Assembly: GCF_024521635.1 (NCBI RefSeq) | Contig: NW_026250405.1 | Location: forward strand, 1,240,001 to 1,304,000 | Length of the DNA: 64,000 nucleotides | Direction: 5' to 3' | Source of the DNA: Tricharina praecox | Lineage: Eukaryota | Part shown: positions 16,008-29,200 of the stretch, piece after piece | Position numbering within the stretch: position 1 is the first letter of the stretch | Layout: each line of letters begins with the position of its first letter | Position numbers and translations under genes: made by a program | Notes under the pieces: model-generated | The model's input: only the letters and a program-made list of their open reading frames with translations | Database searches by the model: none | What the model was told of the DNA's origin: nothing

Positions 16008-17140
16008 TGTGGGTAACTACCAACGGTGAGGTAGGGATGGTGCTGGTTGCTGGTTGGCTGTGTGGGCACTGGTGAGAGAGAGCAAAGAAAGACGTGCGGG
16101 CGCGGCCATACAACCGGCCATACAACCGGCCCAGACAGAGTGCTCGTTTTTTTGTGCGCCTAGATATGTGTGGAACGATCTGCTCGTGCTCGGCAGATAA
16201 GCGACAGGGCTGCTGTGGATTGACACATGGAATGTCACTCGCGCCGTTGAGTCTTGACACTCGGACTGAGGCCAAAACCATAGTCCAGACTTCAGACAGA
16301 CCGTATGCAACAAGCAGTGCTCCCTCTCTCTCATGAAAACGGCCGAGTACTTCATTCTATTCCCCATCTTTTTTCTCTCTTTTTCGGTGGTGATTTTCCA
16401 TTACGCGAAGTACATACAGCTCCAATTCACGCCTCATAAGCTCTCACCTCCCCTCCCCTCCCCCTTCCCTCCCCTTCTTAACCCCCGCCCATCCGTCTTC
16501 CATAGCACGGACCCACAAGAACAATCAAATCAACCCACAAACCCACAAACCCCACCGCCCCAGACGAGACGAAACGACCGAAAAATTTCCCAGATATCAA
16601 CTTGACACAAGTATCAAGACCCGGAGCTAGTTAGAGAGAACGGAACTGAAACTCCACCACCACACCACCACACGCGCGCGATGTAAGAGCCAGACAAGAT
16701 AGGGTGACAAAAAAAGAAGAAAAAGAAAAGAAAAGAGAAAAGAAAAAGAGACGAAAAGAAACAACCGTGGAAGGAAGGTATCAAAGCAAAACACACACAC
16801 AAAAAAAGGGAGTTTTCTACTAACAACGACTGGATTATGAGGGTATTGTGTTGAAAAAACTCGACGGAGAAAAAAAAAATGAAAATGAAAACAAATGATG
16901 GCAGGGGGAGGGGGGAAAAAATAATAATCAACTGACAACAAAACCCAAAGATATAAAGAAACAAAAAACGAAAAAACACCTGATATCATACCGGCCCCGA
17001 ATCGATCCCCAATCGATCCCCATCCCTCTCTCCCAAAACAAACCCCGTGTCCGTCCGTCCGTAGAATCTTCCATATACAAATCATGCGAATCCTCTCGCT
17101 TTCGTCCACTTCGCTTTTAGGGGGGTCGTCCTGAACCGAA

Positions 17141-18634
17141 CTAGAAATTTTGCGCGATTCCACTGTTTCCCTGCTGCGGGAAGTGCGTGTTGGTGGGAGT
17201 CTCTATCTGCGTGTTCCGTCTAGCCTGCACCTCCCTGATGACCGGGGGATACTGCGTGTAGTCCTGGCCGTTATCGAATCGCGCGGAATAATTGTGCGGA
17301 TCCTCGTAGGCTCCATCGGCACCGTAGTAGTGCGAATCGTATGGGCCAGGAGGCATTCCGACGTCGGATTGGTCGGAGACGGATTGCACAGAGTAGTTGG
17401 AGGAGGCGTTCGAGATTCCACGGCGGATTCCTGGGTTGTTCGCTGTTTGCGGTCCCGTCATCGCGGCGACCACGCTCGAGTCGGTTGACTCCGGGCGATA
17501 ACCGGGCGGTGTGGTGATCAGGGGCGCATTCGACATTCCGCCATCGCTGGGCGCCGTGCCAACAGGATAGTTCGAGGCCGTGGGAGATGTTGGGAATCCA
17601 TTGTAGTTGTCCTGGTGGTGCACGCCCTCGGGGAACGCGGGCGACATGGGCTGAGCGGTTCCAACACTTGACGGCATCGAAGAACCCATGTTCGAAGCCT
17701 TCCTGGTCGAGCCCCACCCACGGTATCCGACCGTATTCTCGGCCATCTCGTACGGCAATTCGTCGCCATTGCTGCTCGTGCCACCCACTGCGGCGGCCGG
17801 AGCAGAATTAGGGTTGTATCCATAATCCTCGACCTCCTTCCTCCGCATCTCCGAGTTCTCCTTATCCCTTCGGCGCTTCTTCCACAGGAACAGCAGGACG
17901 ATCGCGATCAGCGCGACACCGATGATCGGTACCACGACAGCAACCACAATCTTGGTCGTGCCTGTCAATCCACCACTCGATCCACCGCCGCCGGTACTAG
18001 GTGCGCTAGACGCATCGGCACCCGTTGAAGTGCTCGAGGATGCCACAGGCGTCGCGGTCCCCGGTGCCGCAGCCACGTCGGTTGTCGGCGTCGCGATCGA
18101 CGTCGATGTCAGAAAGATTGTCGAACCATCGGCCGAGGTAGTGATCACGATCGTGTCCTGACCCACCGGAGCCGTCGTGGGAACCGTTGGAGCCGTCGTC
18201 GGCTGGGTGGTAGCATCGACCGGTGGTGTAGTAACAGGAGTTTCGGCGGCGGGCGGGGTGGTAGTGGGAGCCGTCGTCGGGGCCGTCGTGGGTTCCGTCG
18301 TCGGGGCCGTAGTAGGCTCGGTGGTCGGTGCCGTGGTGGCTTCCGTAGTAGGAGGGGCGGTCGTGGCTGCCTCAGTTGTTGCCGGAGGAGCTACGGTCGT
18401 CGGGACATCGGTGGTTGCTGGAACGGACACGACCGGGTTGGCCGTGTCGGCGGGGACTGAGGGACGAAATCAGTTCAGTACGGGTCATTTTCGATAGCCT
18501 GGTGCCGTATATATGGTGGCCGTCGATCAAACTTGGGGTAGGGTCGGGAGGGGGGTCGGGAGGGGGGGGAATGAGGTTATGTGGGCAGAGGAGCGAACAG
18601 GTTACTTACGGGAAGGATTGGGTACGGCGGACAT
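17141..18634 (-). CDS. Thr/Pro-rich single-pass membrane protein (mucin-like, Mid2/Skg6-like architecture); 2 exons (18634-18610, 18456-17141)
   Basis: Starts MSAVPNPSLPADTANPVVSVPATT with TTAPTTEP repeats. One TM (IVVAVVVPIIGVALIAIVLLFLW) followed by KKRRR. Cytoplasmic tail contains YRGWG and ends HFPQQGNSGIAQNF. The GTAAGT..CAG intron joins in frame. Confidence 0.85.
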
Positions 18635-20650
18635 TTTTGCAGTTTTTTAACATGCGCTCGGATCGAGCGAGCGAGCGAGCGAGGGCAGGGCAGGGCGGTC
18701 GAGAAGAAGGGGAATGGGGGGGTATGAATGGAAAGAAAGAATGAATGAGTGTGAGGAGCAAGAAACTGCTCTGGATGGACAGGAGAGACCTGACGCAAAG
18801 ATGCGCAGTCTTCTGGGATTTGTAAATTTTACCTAGTATAGGAGGCCCAAGGAGTTTGGATATTCGGGCGTTGGGGGGTGTAGGGGCATTTAACGAGCAG
18901 GCAGATGGTGGTTGGATAAGGGTACGGGGTGTGCTCTACTGGGGGGTGGGGGGATTGGGGGGGTGTTTGAAGGAAGGGGAGTTTTGTGTGGCAAGTAGTG
19001 GTAAGGGGTGGTGGTGGTGGTGATTGTGGCAGTGGTCAGCGAGGAGGAAATACGGTAGATGACGGATTACCGTATTGTGTGGTAGGATGTAGTAGGACGT
19101 GAGAATTACATAGGAAGAGGGAGAGAAGAAGAATAGAAGGAGGAGGCAGTTCGGGTTTGGTTTCAGACACTCATTCCAGTCTATGTACCCTGGAGCCTTC
19201 CCCGACGATCATGCTGTGCTGCTGCTGTTACTGCTGCTCGGGCTTTGCTTGTTTTCTTCAGCCTGACCTCACCACCGACACGTCGCGTGGTGTTTTCGTC
19301 GTCGTTTGGGAGTACCGTACATACTCTACATGAGTTACTCACTCTTGTCCGCTGTGGCTAACCATCGATTCGTTCGTATCGAAACGGGGCAGCGGAAGCC
19401 TTCGGATAGAAGTGCGTGTTCCCACTCTCGCCCTCCCACTCTCCCACTCTCCCTCCCACTCTCCCTCGCTCCCTCACGTACTGCTCACGATATCGGTGGA
19501 AGGCGAGGCGAAGGCATCAAAAGCGCTCGGAACGAATAGGCAAAATAAAATAAAATAAATACAGCACCATGCCCGCCGAGCGAAGCTACTGTCCTGACGA
19601 GCAAAACGAGACAGGCTTAACGATAGCAACGGGCGAAAGCGACGAGAGCGAAAGAGAGCAGCAAGCAAGCGAGGAAGGAAGCGTGAGTACTGTACGGCGG
19701 CGGCGGCTGCCCCCCTCCGAAATTCCCATGTTCCCATGCAGTTTGCCATGCCATGCCATGCCATCCCACGCTCGTTCATTTGCAAACCGCCCACCCCGTC
19801 ACGGTCAATTCAAAATTCAATTCCTCTCCCCGTCCCCGTCCTCCCCCCCTCTCCACGGACGTCCTCGCAGCCAGCGTGCCAGCCAGCCAGCCCGTCCCAT
19901 CCGGTCTGCCGCATCACGCACAAGCGCACCCGTGAGTCGCAGGCAGAGCTCGGCCCCCACACTCGCTCACGAGAGATTACGCACGCATCTGGCGCACACG
20001 CCATCACTCGCGAGTCGCCGCCGCTCTATTTATGGCAAGCGCAGGATGCAGCTGCGCAGGGTCCGGCAGTGGGCACCATCTATTTCCGGTGTTTCATTAT
20101 TTCGGTTTTTCTATTTTTCGTATGTAGGCATGGCATCACAGACATCAGAGCCGGAAACATCGACGCGCTGTGGTCGGGGTGAGCTGGAGGAGCTGAACTT
20201 GCCTGTTGTGGATCCTTGGCCTACTGTCCGAATTTTTTTACAGAGAGTGGTCTTTTTGAGAGCCTGATGAGGATTGGAGTACGGTAGGTACGGTGGTTGG
20301 TGCGGAGGGGCTCTGCTGAGCAGTGAGGAGAACCGACTGACCGACCGCTCAAAATGTTGGAATCTCTCAATCGGTGCATATGCGAGTTTGTATATACGGT
20401 AGTTACATGACGAACCGTCAAGATGGGGTGGTTGTGCTATGTAACCAAGTAATGGCTGAAGCCTGAAGCCCAAAGGCCACCACTGAACGGTATGCAGAGT
20501 AACTGGCTCTTATTCAGCACACGTTCTGTCGGTAGACTTCACGATGACTGATTGGCACCTACATATAGGAAGCCTTCAAAGATGACCGCAGTCGCCTTTC
20601 GAGTCGCGCATAGTCGGTGCGACCGGACGGGTATGGAGTTGCGTGACCAC

Positions 20651-20840
20651 TGACGGCTACATTGCTGGCTCTACTAGGTAAGTACAGCCTGCATACAGGA
20701 GGAGGATTATCGACTCGAGCTGGAGACTGGAATTGTGTGACGGCTACATTGTTGGCTCCACATACTACTCTAGGTGCTCTATGTGAGGAGAATTGTCGAG
20801 TGGGAGTTGTGTGACGGCTACACTGTTGGGCCGTTGGCTC
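20651..20840. repeat. Degenerate tandem repeat, 3 copies, core TGACGGCTACAyTGyTGG
   Basis: Cores start at 20651, 20738 and 20812, with partly similar spacers. Confidence 0.7.
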
Positions 20841-23800
20841 TGGGAGGAGATTTACCGGTACATATGGACTCGAGTCGGAGGAGAACACTGCGCGCTGGTC
20901 TGACAGCGCCGTTCTTCAGCCTCACGAGTCACGGCTGCATCTGCATTGCGTTCTCGTCTTCATCATACATGCCTCGCTCGTACGTGCGTACACACATACC
21001 ACAGGATCGACACATCGCAAAAGCAAACAACGGGAGTTCAAGCCCAACCCACAACTGTCAACAACGAATCGACACTGACGAAATCGATTCAGCTATGCAT
21101 ACTTTACATAAGAGGAGGAGAAAAAGGAAACAAGATCGCAACCAAAAGGAAACCCAGACCAGAAGGGCACAGGCATGTAGAGTACCGACCGGTAGGTAAG
21201 TGATAAAGTGCGGGGCACGGTTTCTACCGGAGGATATAGGTAACCCAAAACCAACGAATACCAGTTAACTAACTGTTAACTCAGTATTTGGCAGAGGATC
21301 CGGTGCTCTAGAGTACCTTGAGCCCACCGGAGAAATCCATTGTGATACCCCCTACATGGTCAACCGGGCTGTTGACGAACACTGCACTGTCCTCTACCTA
21401 CCTAGTCTCCAGCCGTTGGCATCAAGCTTCAAATCGCGGACCCCAAATCATCGATAGCGAAAGCTGCGTACCTATCAGATGGACGAGCTCCCGCGTCCAG
21501 AGTCCAGACGATCACAAAACACCATCGACACTGCTATCCAATTGCCCGATCTGTTGCAGAAGATCTCCCGTGCCATGGCTGAGAGGATCGCCATCTGCTG
21601 GCTCGGCGGGATGAGATATTGTCTCTAATCAGGAGGGAGGGAAACGCGCGAGGGGTAGGCAAGCCAGCTGCCAGCAAGCGACCAGGCCAAGGTATCTACA
21701 AACATACATACCGGGAATCGGGGCACTGGGGCGCCAGAAGGAACGTCCAGCTATGTATGTATGGCATACAACGACCGTACCTCTGGTGGTATCCTTGGAA
21801 CTCAAGCAGCAAGCCAGTCGATACCTACATCTGCCGACCCGAAAACGTGCCGCAACAGCGAACTCTGCTCGGGACTTGGGGCTTGAGAGGCGGCTTTCGG
21901 TCTGTCGGTTGGTGGTTCAATCTTGGACTCTCGGCGGTAGTCGCTATGTATAGTAGTAGGTATTGCTCGTTCCTAGGCTACATAGGACGACCCGCCGAGT
22001 TTTATCTCGGTGTGGTCCAACACCTCGGGACGATCTTCCTCCTCGAAGAATCTACATGGTGAGAAGCACTGGAGCATTGCAGTCTCCAGTTGGCAGGCAC
22101 GCGGGGGACATGTATGTTCTCTAGGTATCGGACTCACCGCACACCCGAGGAGAATCGTCGATGGAGTACCTACATACCGACAACTGCGACTGCGGAGCTC
22201 CAATCAATTGATGGAAGGCACTGGACGCCAGTATATAAGCCATAGCAATGTTTCATTGCCGCAGGTGGTACGGTGATACCTTCTCGCGCAGCCTCCACAA
22301 GTTACCAGTACATACAATTCCCCAATGTCGCAATCCCCCAATAGCTACCACTTCCTCGCCCGAGGAGATATTTGAATGTACCAGCTCCTCGTGGCCAACA
22401 CTCCCTCACCGGAAGGTGCGGACATGTGGGGTATATATGCACAAGCTGCCGCACCGACACGGCATATATGTCTCGAAGATAACGTCCGCCAGCACGGTGG
22501 TTCCATTGACATTGCCATTGGACAAAACGGCATATTCTGTGGCGAGTGCTGTGGGGTGGGGGAGCATGGTGGAAAGAGCTCGGCCGGGAGTGATGTTTCT
22601 CCGTCTATCAACGCAGCACAACTACTCCCGGCGGCATCACATCCTCCAGCCAGCCTTCCTCCAGCCTTCCAGCAGCCAGCAGCCAGCTAGGTAGTGTATT
22701 ACATGTGCTCCCTCGTTTCGCATCACCGACGTTCATCCCCTTCCCCTCTCCCCAGGGCCCACCAACATCTCGTTGAACCGAAATCATTTCGACAATCTGG
22801 AGGATACGCATCGATGCGAATCTCTCGTTACCAGCAAAGAACTGCATCGCAGCAGAACAGAACAGAATGGGCACGCGAATCATGTGATCGAGTGTTCTGT
22901 ACAATACGTGGTTCAGCGACCTCCAGACTCACGCGAATTTCAGCCATAGCCTTTCAGCTCATTGACTCCTTTCCTCGCAATCTGAAAGCCGCGCGGTGCA
23001 GAGGCAAGTTGGACGTCACGGGGTACACATCAGTAGCAGTAGCAGTGGCAACGGCGCGCGGCGTACCTGCGTACCTGACCATACCAGCGTACCTGACCGT
23101 ATGTACCAGACCCCATACCTGACGACGTACCTGTTCGTACCTGACAGACCGTACCTAACTGACTGTTACCGAGTCCGCTTTCCTTCCCTTCCATTCCCTT
23201 GCCTTCCCTTCCCTCTTCTTTCCCTTTCCCTTTTTCTCTCCTACTCCCCTACATACACACCTTCACACGTTTCGGAAAACCGCACCAGATCAGTCCTCCT
23301 CTCCCCCCGTCCCCCATGTTTGTAACTGCGGCCCATGCTCACGTGGACCCCTCCCCTCCCTCTCCCGCCCGCTAACTAGAAACTACAGACTAACGGACCT
23401 TGTCAAACCCACTTCCAAAACCGAAACCAACCCGGCTCAGGGGCAGCATCAGTGCAGCACTCTCATGTGCATCAAATCAGTGCATCACGCAGGAACAGCA
23501 CGCAGCAAGAAACGAAGAAACGAACGAGAAAAGAAAAGGAAAAGAAACGAACGAAAAGACAGACAAGAACGAGAAAGAAAAAGAAGAGAAGAAAACTAGA
23601 ACTTCATGCATTTCGTTTCCTACTTCTTTGTACCGTTACGATATTGATTTTTACTTTATGTATGCTATGCTACTTCCCACTTCCCCTTCCTACTTCCTAC
23701 TGACATTTACATATCCTCCTTCCCCCTCGCCCTCCGCAAATACAAAAGCAAAACAAACAACAAAAAAACCACAGGCAAGAAAACACAGGCAAGGCAAGAA

Positions 23801-24236
23801 AAGGCAAGCAAAGAAAAGAAAAGGGACAAAGTTAATTTGTTCACTTACCCTACTCTACTTAACACACCGCCTAACCGACCAACCGCTTCATACATAGTAC
23901 GCCCAAAATGATTAAACTCGAAAGGAAAATGAGAAAAAAAGAAAAGGAAAATGAGAAGAAAAGAAAAGAAAAATAACCCCGTGAATATTTCTAAGAACCA
24001 AACGTACAAAACACACACACTTACACAGACACACACACTTACACTCACAAACACACAAACACACATCGTGGATATTGACAGAAACAGGAACGCGACTAAG
24101 TACACCCGAGCAAAAAAGTGAGAAACGAAACGAAAAAAACATATGCAGAAATGGACAACCGACTATGTAGAAAGGAAATACATTCATACAGCTATCGTCT
24201 TGTCCATATTATTGTCTATCTGAATGAACCCTCCTT

Positions 24237-26288
24237 TTATCCGCTCTTTCCATATCCAAGATCCCATGTCGGCCTGAGACCCGCCGTCATGTCGTCCTTC
24301 AATGGTACTACGTCCGTCGGGAGACGCGAGACGCGGTATGCACCGTTCCGAATGTTGTCTGTGTGCTGTTGCGAGACACCACTTCGAGTGCTGTGGATGC
24401 TGCCGGCATCACTCATCTCACCCTCATTCTTGAATTTCTTGGGCGGCGCAAAGTCAAGCGCCGTGAAGGCAGTCGACTTGCGGAGCGCGTGGGGACTGGG
24501 CATGGATGGCAGGTCCTCGAACGCCGAGGCGAGCGGCACGTGCGGTGAGAATGCGGGCGAGTACGGGCGGAGTCCTCCACGACCGCTGTCGAAGTCCGAC
24601 TCCTCGCGAGGGACACGCACAGGGGGCGCAAACATGTGCGGTGAGTTGAAGGCATCTTCGTTGAGCATCGATGGTGTGGGCATAACGTTGAGGGGCTTTG
24701 GGGGCGCCATCGGCCGTCTTGGCTGCTGTTGTCCGGGATGCCCACTGGCGGAGGAGAAACTACGAGGACCTGGTGGGGGCATGCGTCCACCAGCAGCTGA
24801 GCCAGCACGAGAACGAGATCCAGGTCCACCGGCGGCCGGACCCATGAAGCGCGGCGGCGCACGGGGAGGAGGAGTCATGGCACGGCGGGTTACTGGCTCG
24901 GCGAATGGCTTGGACCCAGGCACGATGAAACGACCCGTCTCCGAATCAAAGACGGTAGTGTCATCAAAACCGTTGGAGTTGAACTCTTGGCGGTATTCAT
25001 CCTGATATCTGGCCGGGGGTGCAGGCATGGGAGGTGCATCAGCAGTGATTTCGTCGCCAGAAAAGTATTCCTTGTAGAAGGACCTGATACGCATGGCACG
25101 CTCCTCAGCAGTGTCCTCGGGGTTCGCATCCGGAGGCAACGGTCTAGAGCCCATAGAGAGTCTGCGTCCATCCATAGCAGCAGGAGCCAGACTCTTGCGG
25201 GCATCAGTAGGGGGCTTCGATTGCACTGGTTGTTTCTTGACTTGCTCGTCGATTGAAGCGTCGGAGAATCTGAACTGAATTCCTTCTCCTCCATATTCGC
25301 TAGGTGCGTCGGAATTAGGCCTGTTGTTGTCCGTGGGTGGGGTGATGATGGGGTCAGCGAATGGTGATCCGCTGCGTTCCGAGGAGGAGACAGCACTGCC
25401 GACTTTGAGAGCCGAGGGAACTCCAGGACCAGGGCGTTCCTGGGGATTGCCTCGGAATTCGGGAGATTTGGCGCGTGGGGGGAATGCAATCTGAGGAACG
25501 GGCGAAATCGAGCGACCGAGGGAAGAACCACGAGGAGGAGAAGAAGTCGGCATCTTTTGGGCACCGTTGAGAAGGCCAAAATCCATGTCGGACCGAGATC
25601 CGTCCGGGCTGTCATCCTGTCTGGTCGAGCGGGTGTACATGGACGAGTCCCGTTGGCGGGCTGCGGTTCGGGGCGATCGCGGGGTGGTCTCGGAGGGAAG
25701 ACCGTAACGGTCCTCGACGCTGTGAACCGTACGGGAGATGGAATGCAGGGTGTCGTGGGAACCGTTGAGTCCGTTCGGCATCAGGTAGGGCGAGATTACG
25801 GTATCCAAGTCCATCGACATCTGTTTACGACTGCGACTGCCCATCTTCTCCCCTCCATTGAGCGAAGCCATTCTCGCATGAGAATTGCCCATGCCAAAGT
25901 CCATGCTCTTGGTCTTATCCGTCTGTTCCTCCTCCTTGAGTTTTCGCATGTGTCGGCGATGCAGAAACAACAAGACCACCACAGCCACTAATATGGGAAC
26001 ACTGCAAACCATCCGTCAGCAACGATAAAACATAAATTTTTTTCTCCATACTCCAACTTACGCTGCACCCAATATCAGGGGAAGCTTGCTGGCAGCACCA
26101 GCAGGCAGTTCACATTCCGGCGAATCATCCCCTGCTTTACATGTGGACGTAGCCGCACGCGCATGCAGTATATTGCTCTGCGTCCAGATATCATCAACGC
26201 TCTCCAACACGGGAGTAGGGTCCTCAACAGGACCTCTGCGCGCTATGCGATGGTGATGCCATTTGATGTCGCGTACGTGCCGAGACAT
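24237..26288 (-). CDS. Uncharacterised fungal single-pass membrane protein with long Pro/Ser-rich cytoplasmic tail (2 exons: 26288-26062, 26001-24237)
   Basis: Short extracellular two-Cys motif TCKAGDDSPECELP, then TM LPLILGAAVPILVAVVVLLFL, then HRRHMRKLK..KSMDFG. Tail has RAMRIRSFYKEYF and YRVSRLP blocks. In-frame GTAAG..CAG intron at 26002-26061. Confidence 0.88.
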
Positions 26289-29200
26289 GGTGTATGATCA
26301 AGCTATTGCCAAGGAGCTTAGCCAAGCCAACCTTCGAAGCGCTCCAGTTCGGCTGATGGGGGAGGGGGGTGGAGACGAGTGATCGGGAATTCAGGAGGTC
26401 CCGAGGAATGAACCTACAGATTTGGCAATGATTACGGAACGGCCTCGATGTCGAATGTCGTGAGATGGTCGATGGCGTTGAAAGCGTGAATGGTTCGGGA
26501 TTCGCGAGTCGCTCGGCGCAAAGCCACAATGTTGGAATTGTAGGAATTGTTGCTGTTGTTGATGTTGTTTATTGTGGCGTGTCGGTATTGTTGTTGTGGT
26601 TGTTGATGTTGTTTGGTATTAGTTGAGGCGTGAGTCGTGTGGGTAGGAGGTAGTGTTGGAGCTATCCAATGTCGACGAGGCCAAAAACGCAGCAGGTATT
26701 ATTTCTCAAAGCAAAGATCGTGATTGTAGTAGTAGCGGTGGTGGTAGTATGTATATGGGCATGTAACAAGCAAGCAAGCAGTAAAAGAGTGACTGAAGAC
26801 CGGGTCTCCTGGCGTTCGAAGTCTGACGGGCGGGTTTCAAAGAATGACTTGATGTATCTCAACTGACCGAGAGGGGGCAGCAACAGATAGATCGGAAGAT
26901 GGGGCCCACGAGATTTCGGACACGGGAGTGGTGAGGTCGGGACGGAGTGAGGAGGAGGAAGGGGAGGAGGAGGGGAGGGGAGGGGAGGGGAGGGGGGGGA
27001 GGAGGAAAGAAGGGGGGTGGGTGGGCGGGAGAGTGGGATGGAAGTGAAGTAGAGTGGGCGTGAAATGCGCTCTAACCACACCAGAAAGGATAGGAAACGG
27101 GGAAAGGAGGAGGACGAGGAAGGCGTTTACTCTTCGCGGGTTAGTTGGATCTATCGCCAAAACGATGGTAGTGGCAGTACTATCGGGTCAGTCGGTCGGC
27201 CGGTGGTTACTTTGGCATGTATGTGTATATGTGCACCACCACGAACGAGCCAGCCAGCCACAGCAGCCGGCGAAGACATGCGAGCACCCATCCCCCTCCC
27301 TCAATCCTTCCCTCAATCCTTCCCTCATCCTTCCCTCATCCTTCACCCAATCCCATCCTCGCTCCCTCCTCCCTCCTCGCTCCCTCCGTCCTTCCCATAG
27401 CCCTGGCCCACGCAGGCACTTCACCCGAGCATCTGCTCTGCCTACCTTATGCCAGGTACCACATCTGACAGAAGGGAAGGCATCCTTGCGCCGCCATCTC
27501 ACTTCACCCACGCCCTGAAGCCTGAAGGTGCAACGCTGCACCGAGAGCGTTTAAACGCCTGTCCCGTCTGGGCATAGGCGGGTGCGCGCTCAGCCAATCG
27601 CATCTGCGCTACCCCTTAATCCCAAAAGATGAAGGAGGACGAGGGAGGGAGGGAAAGAGAGAGAGGGTCAAACCGTCGATGGCGAAAACAGAGAGAGAGG
27701 GAAAGCAAGAGAGAAATGTCCAGGGGTTGTTACTAGTATCTATGCGGACCCCTCCCCAGCCTCGATCGGGGACCCTGGTGCTCGGTGGCCACCACATCGG
27801 AAATTGCGGTCAAAGGTCTCTTATGTGGGTGCGGGTGGGGGGGGGATTCGATAGATATGAAATGGTGGAGCATGCGGGTGTATCATCGTGACGCGGAAGG
27901 GGAGGCTGGATTCGATGAAGAGGTGGCAAAGGGCGCACAGGCAGAGGCACGCGCGACGAAACGGCGAACCGGCGAAACGGCGAAACGAGAAGTGCACGAT
28001 GTTTGTCGGTCGGTAACTGCTGGTAATAGCACTGCAGTAATAACACTTCTGTTGCTACCTATTCTCGCCATTGCGACGTTGATGTCGTGAGCCCGGTGCA
28101 GTAACCACCTACTGCGAAGGTATCTATGTAAACTCTCCAGAGATAGATATCGCCTTGGGTAACCTTCACCTTCACCTTCACCTTCACCTGCGTCGCGGTC
28201 GGTGGGTACTCGCACTGTGCACTGCGAAGGTGGTCTGAAACGCGTGCGCTGGGCTGTGCTGGGCTGTGATGTGCTGTGCGTGATACGGGCCCACCCAGCG
28301 CCAATGTGATTTTTGAGATGAACTCCAAGCATGGCGCATACATACAATCTATTCATCTATGAAGGTATGAGCATAAACGAGCCATGCTGTGGGAGCACAG
28401 TCGAATTCATGTTTATCTACCAAGTACCCACTCTATACTGGTAGTTACCTGCCGGATATATGGGCCAACACTTGCTGGGTGACGGGACTCGGGAGCGTGA
28501 TTGCAACTCGAGGAGCTGGATGGGAATAGTTACCAGTACCTACCATTTCTGTGTTGTGGCCCCCGGTCATTCCTTCTACGGTACCTATACTCTGGATTCC
28601 GTTACGCATGATCACACTCGAGGAATTGGATGGGAATACCTGAATCCCATTATTATGTTACGGCCCCAGTCGTCAAAGTCCCAGCTTGGGATCAATAGTT
28701 CTACCTATATTCTAGATTCCGATACACATAATCCTACTCGAGACGCCGTAGGTATATCAGTATATCTAACGCATCAGCACTGCGGCTTTCGGACTTGACA
28801 AATACTGCATATGGGATTCAAATTCCGAACGGACTTTGTATAGTATTGTTTACTTTACACCGAACTTTCGGACCCACTGAGTGAGCTTCGAATGGACACG
28901 GTCCTTTCTGCTCACACCGGACTTTCGGACTTGAAAGTTGTGGATAAACACCGCCCCTTCTCCTCCCCTCCAAGTTCCAGGTTCCAAGTTCAAGGTTCCA
29001 AGTTCTAACGCCGAGGACCAACGCCGGGGACCGCTTTCGCTCCGACCGGAGCCATCACTCGATCCAACCACCGCTGGATTGCGCAAAAGTCAATTCGATA
29101 CGAGTATAGTACTTACTCTAACGGATAACCAACCAACCAGCCGGCCAACTTCCAAGCAGATGCCAGATGCCAGATGCAGCCGCGCAGAACGTCAACCGAC

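Noticed and set aside
19569..20267. 232-aa plus-strand ORF
   Set aside because: Arg/Ser/Pro low-complexity sequence running through microsatellites in a GC-rich upstream region, with no domain.
20651..20840. CRISPR-like spaced repeats
   Set aside because: Eukaryotic context, only three degenerate copies, spacers similar to each other and uneven in length, and no cas genes.
24118..25005. 295-aa plus-strand ORF
   Set aside because: Antisense shadow of the 24237-26288 gene.
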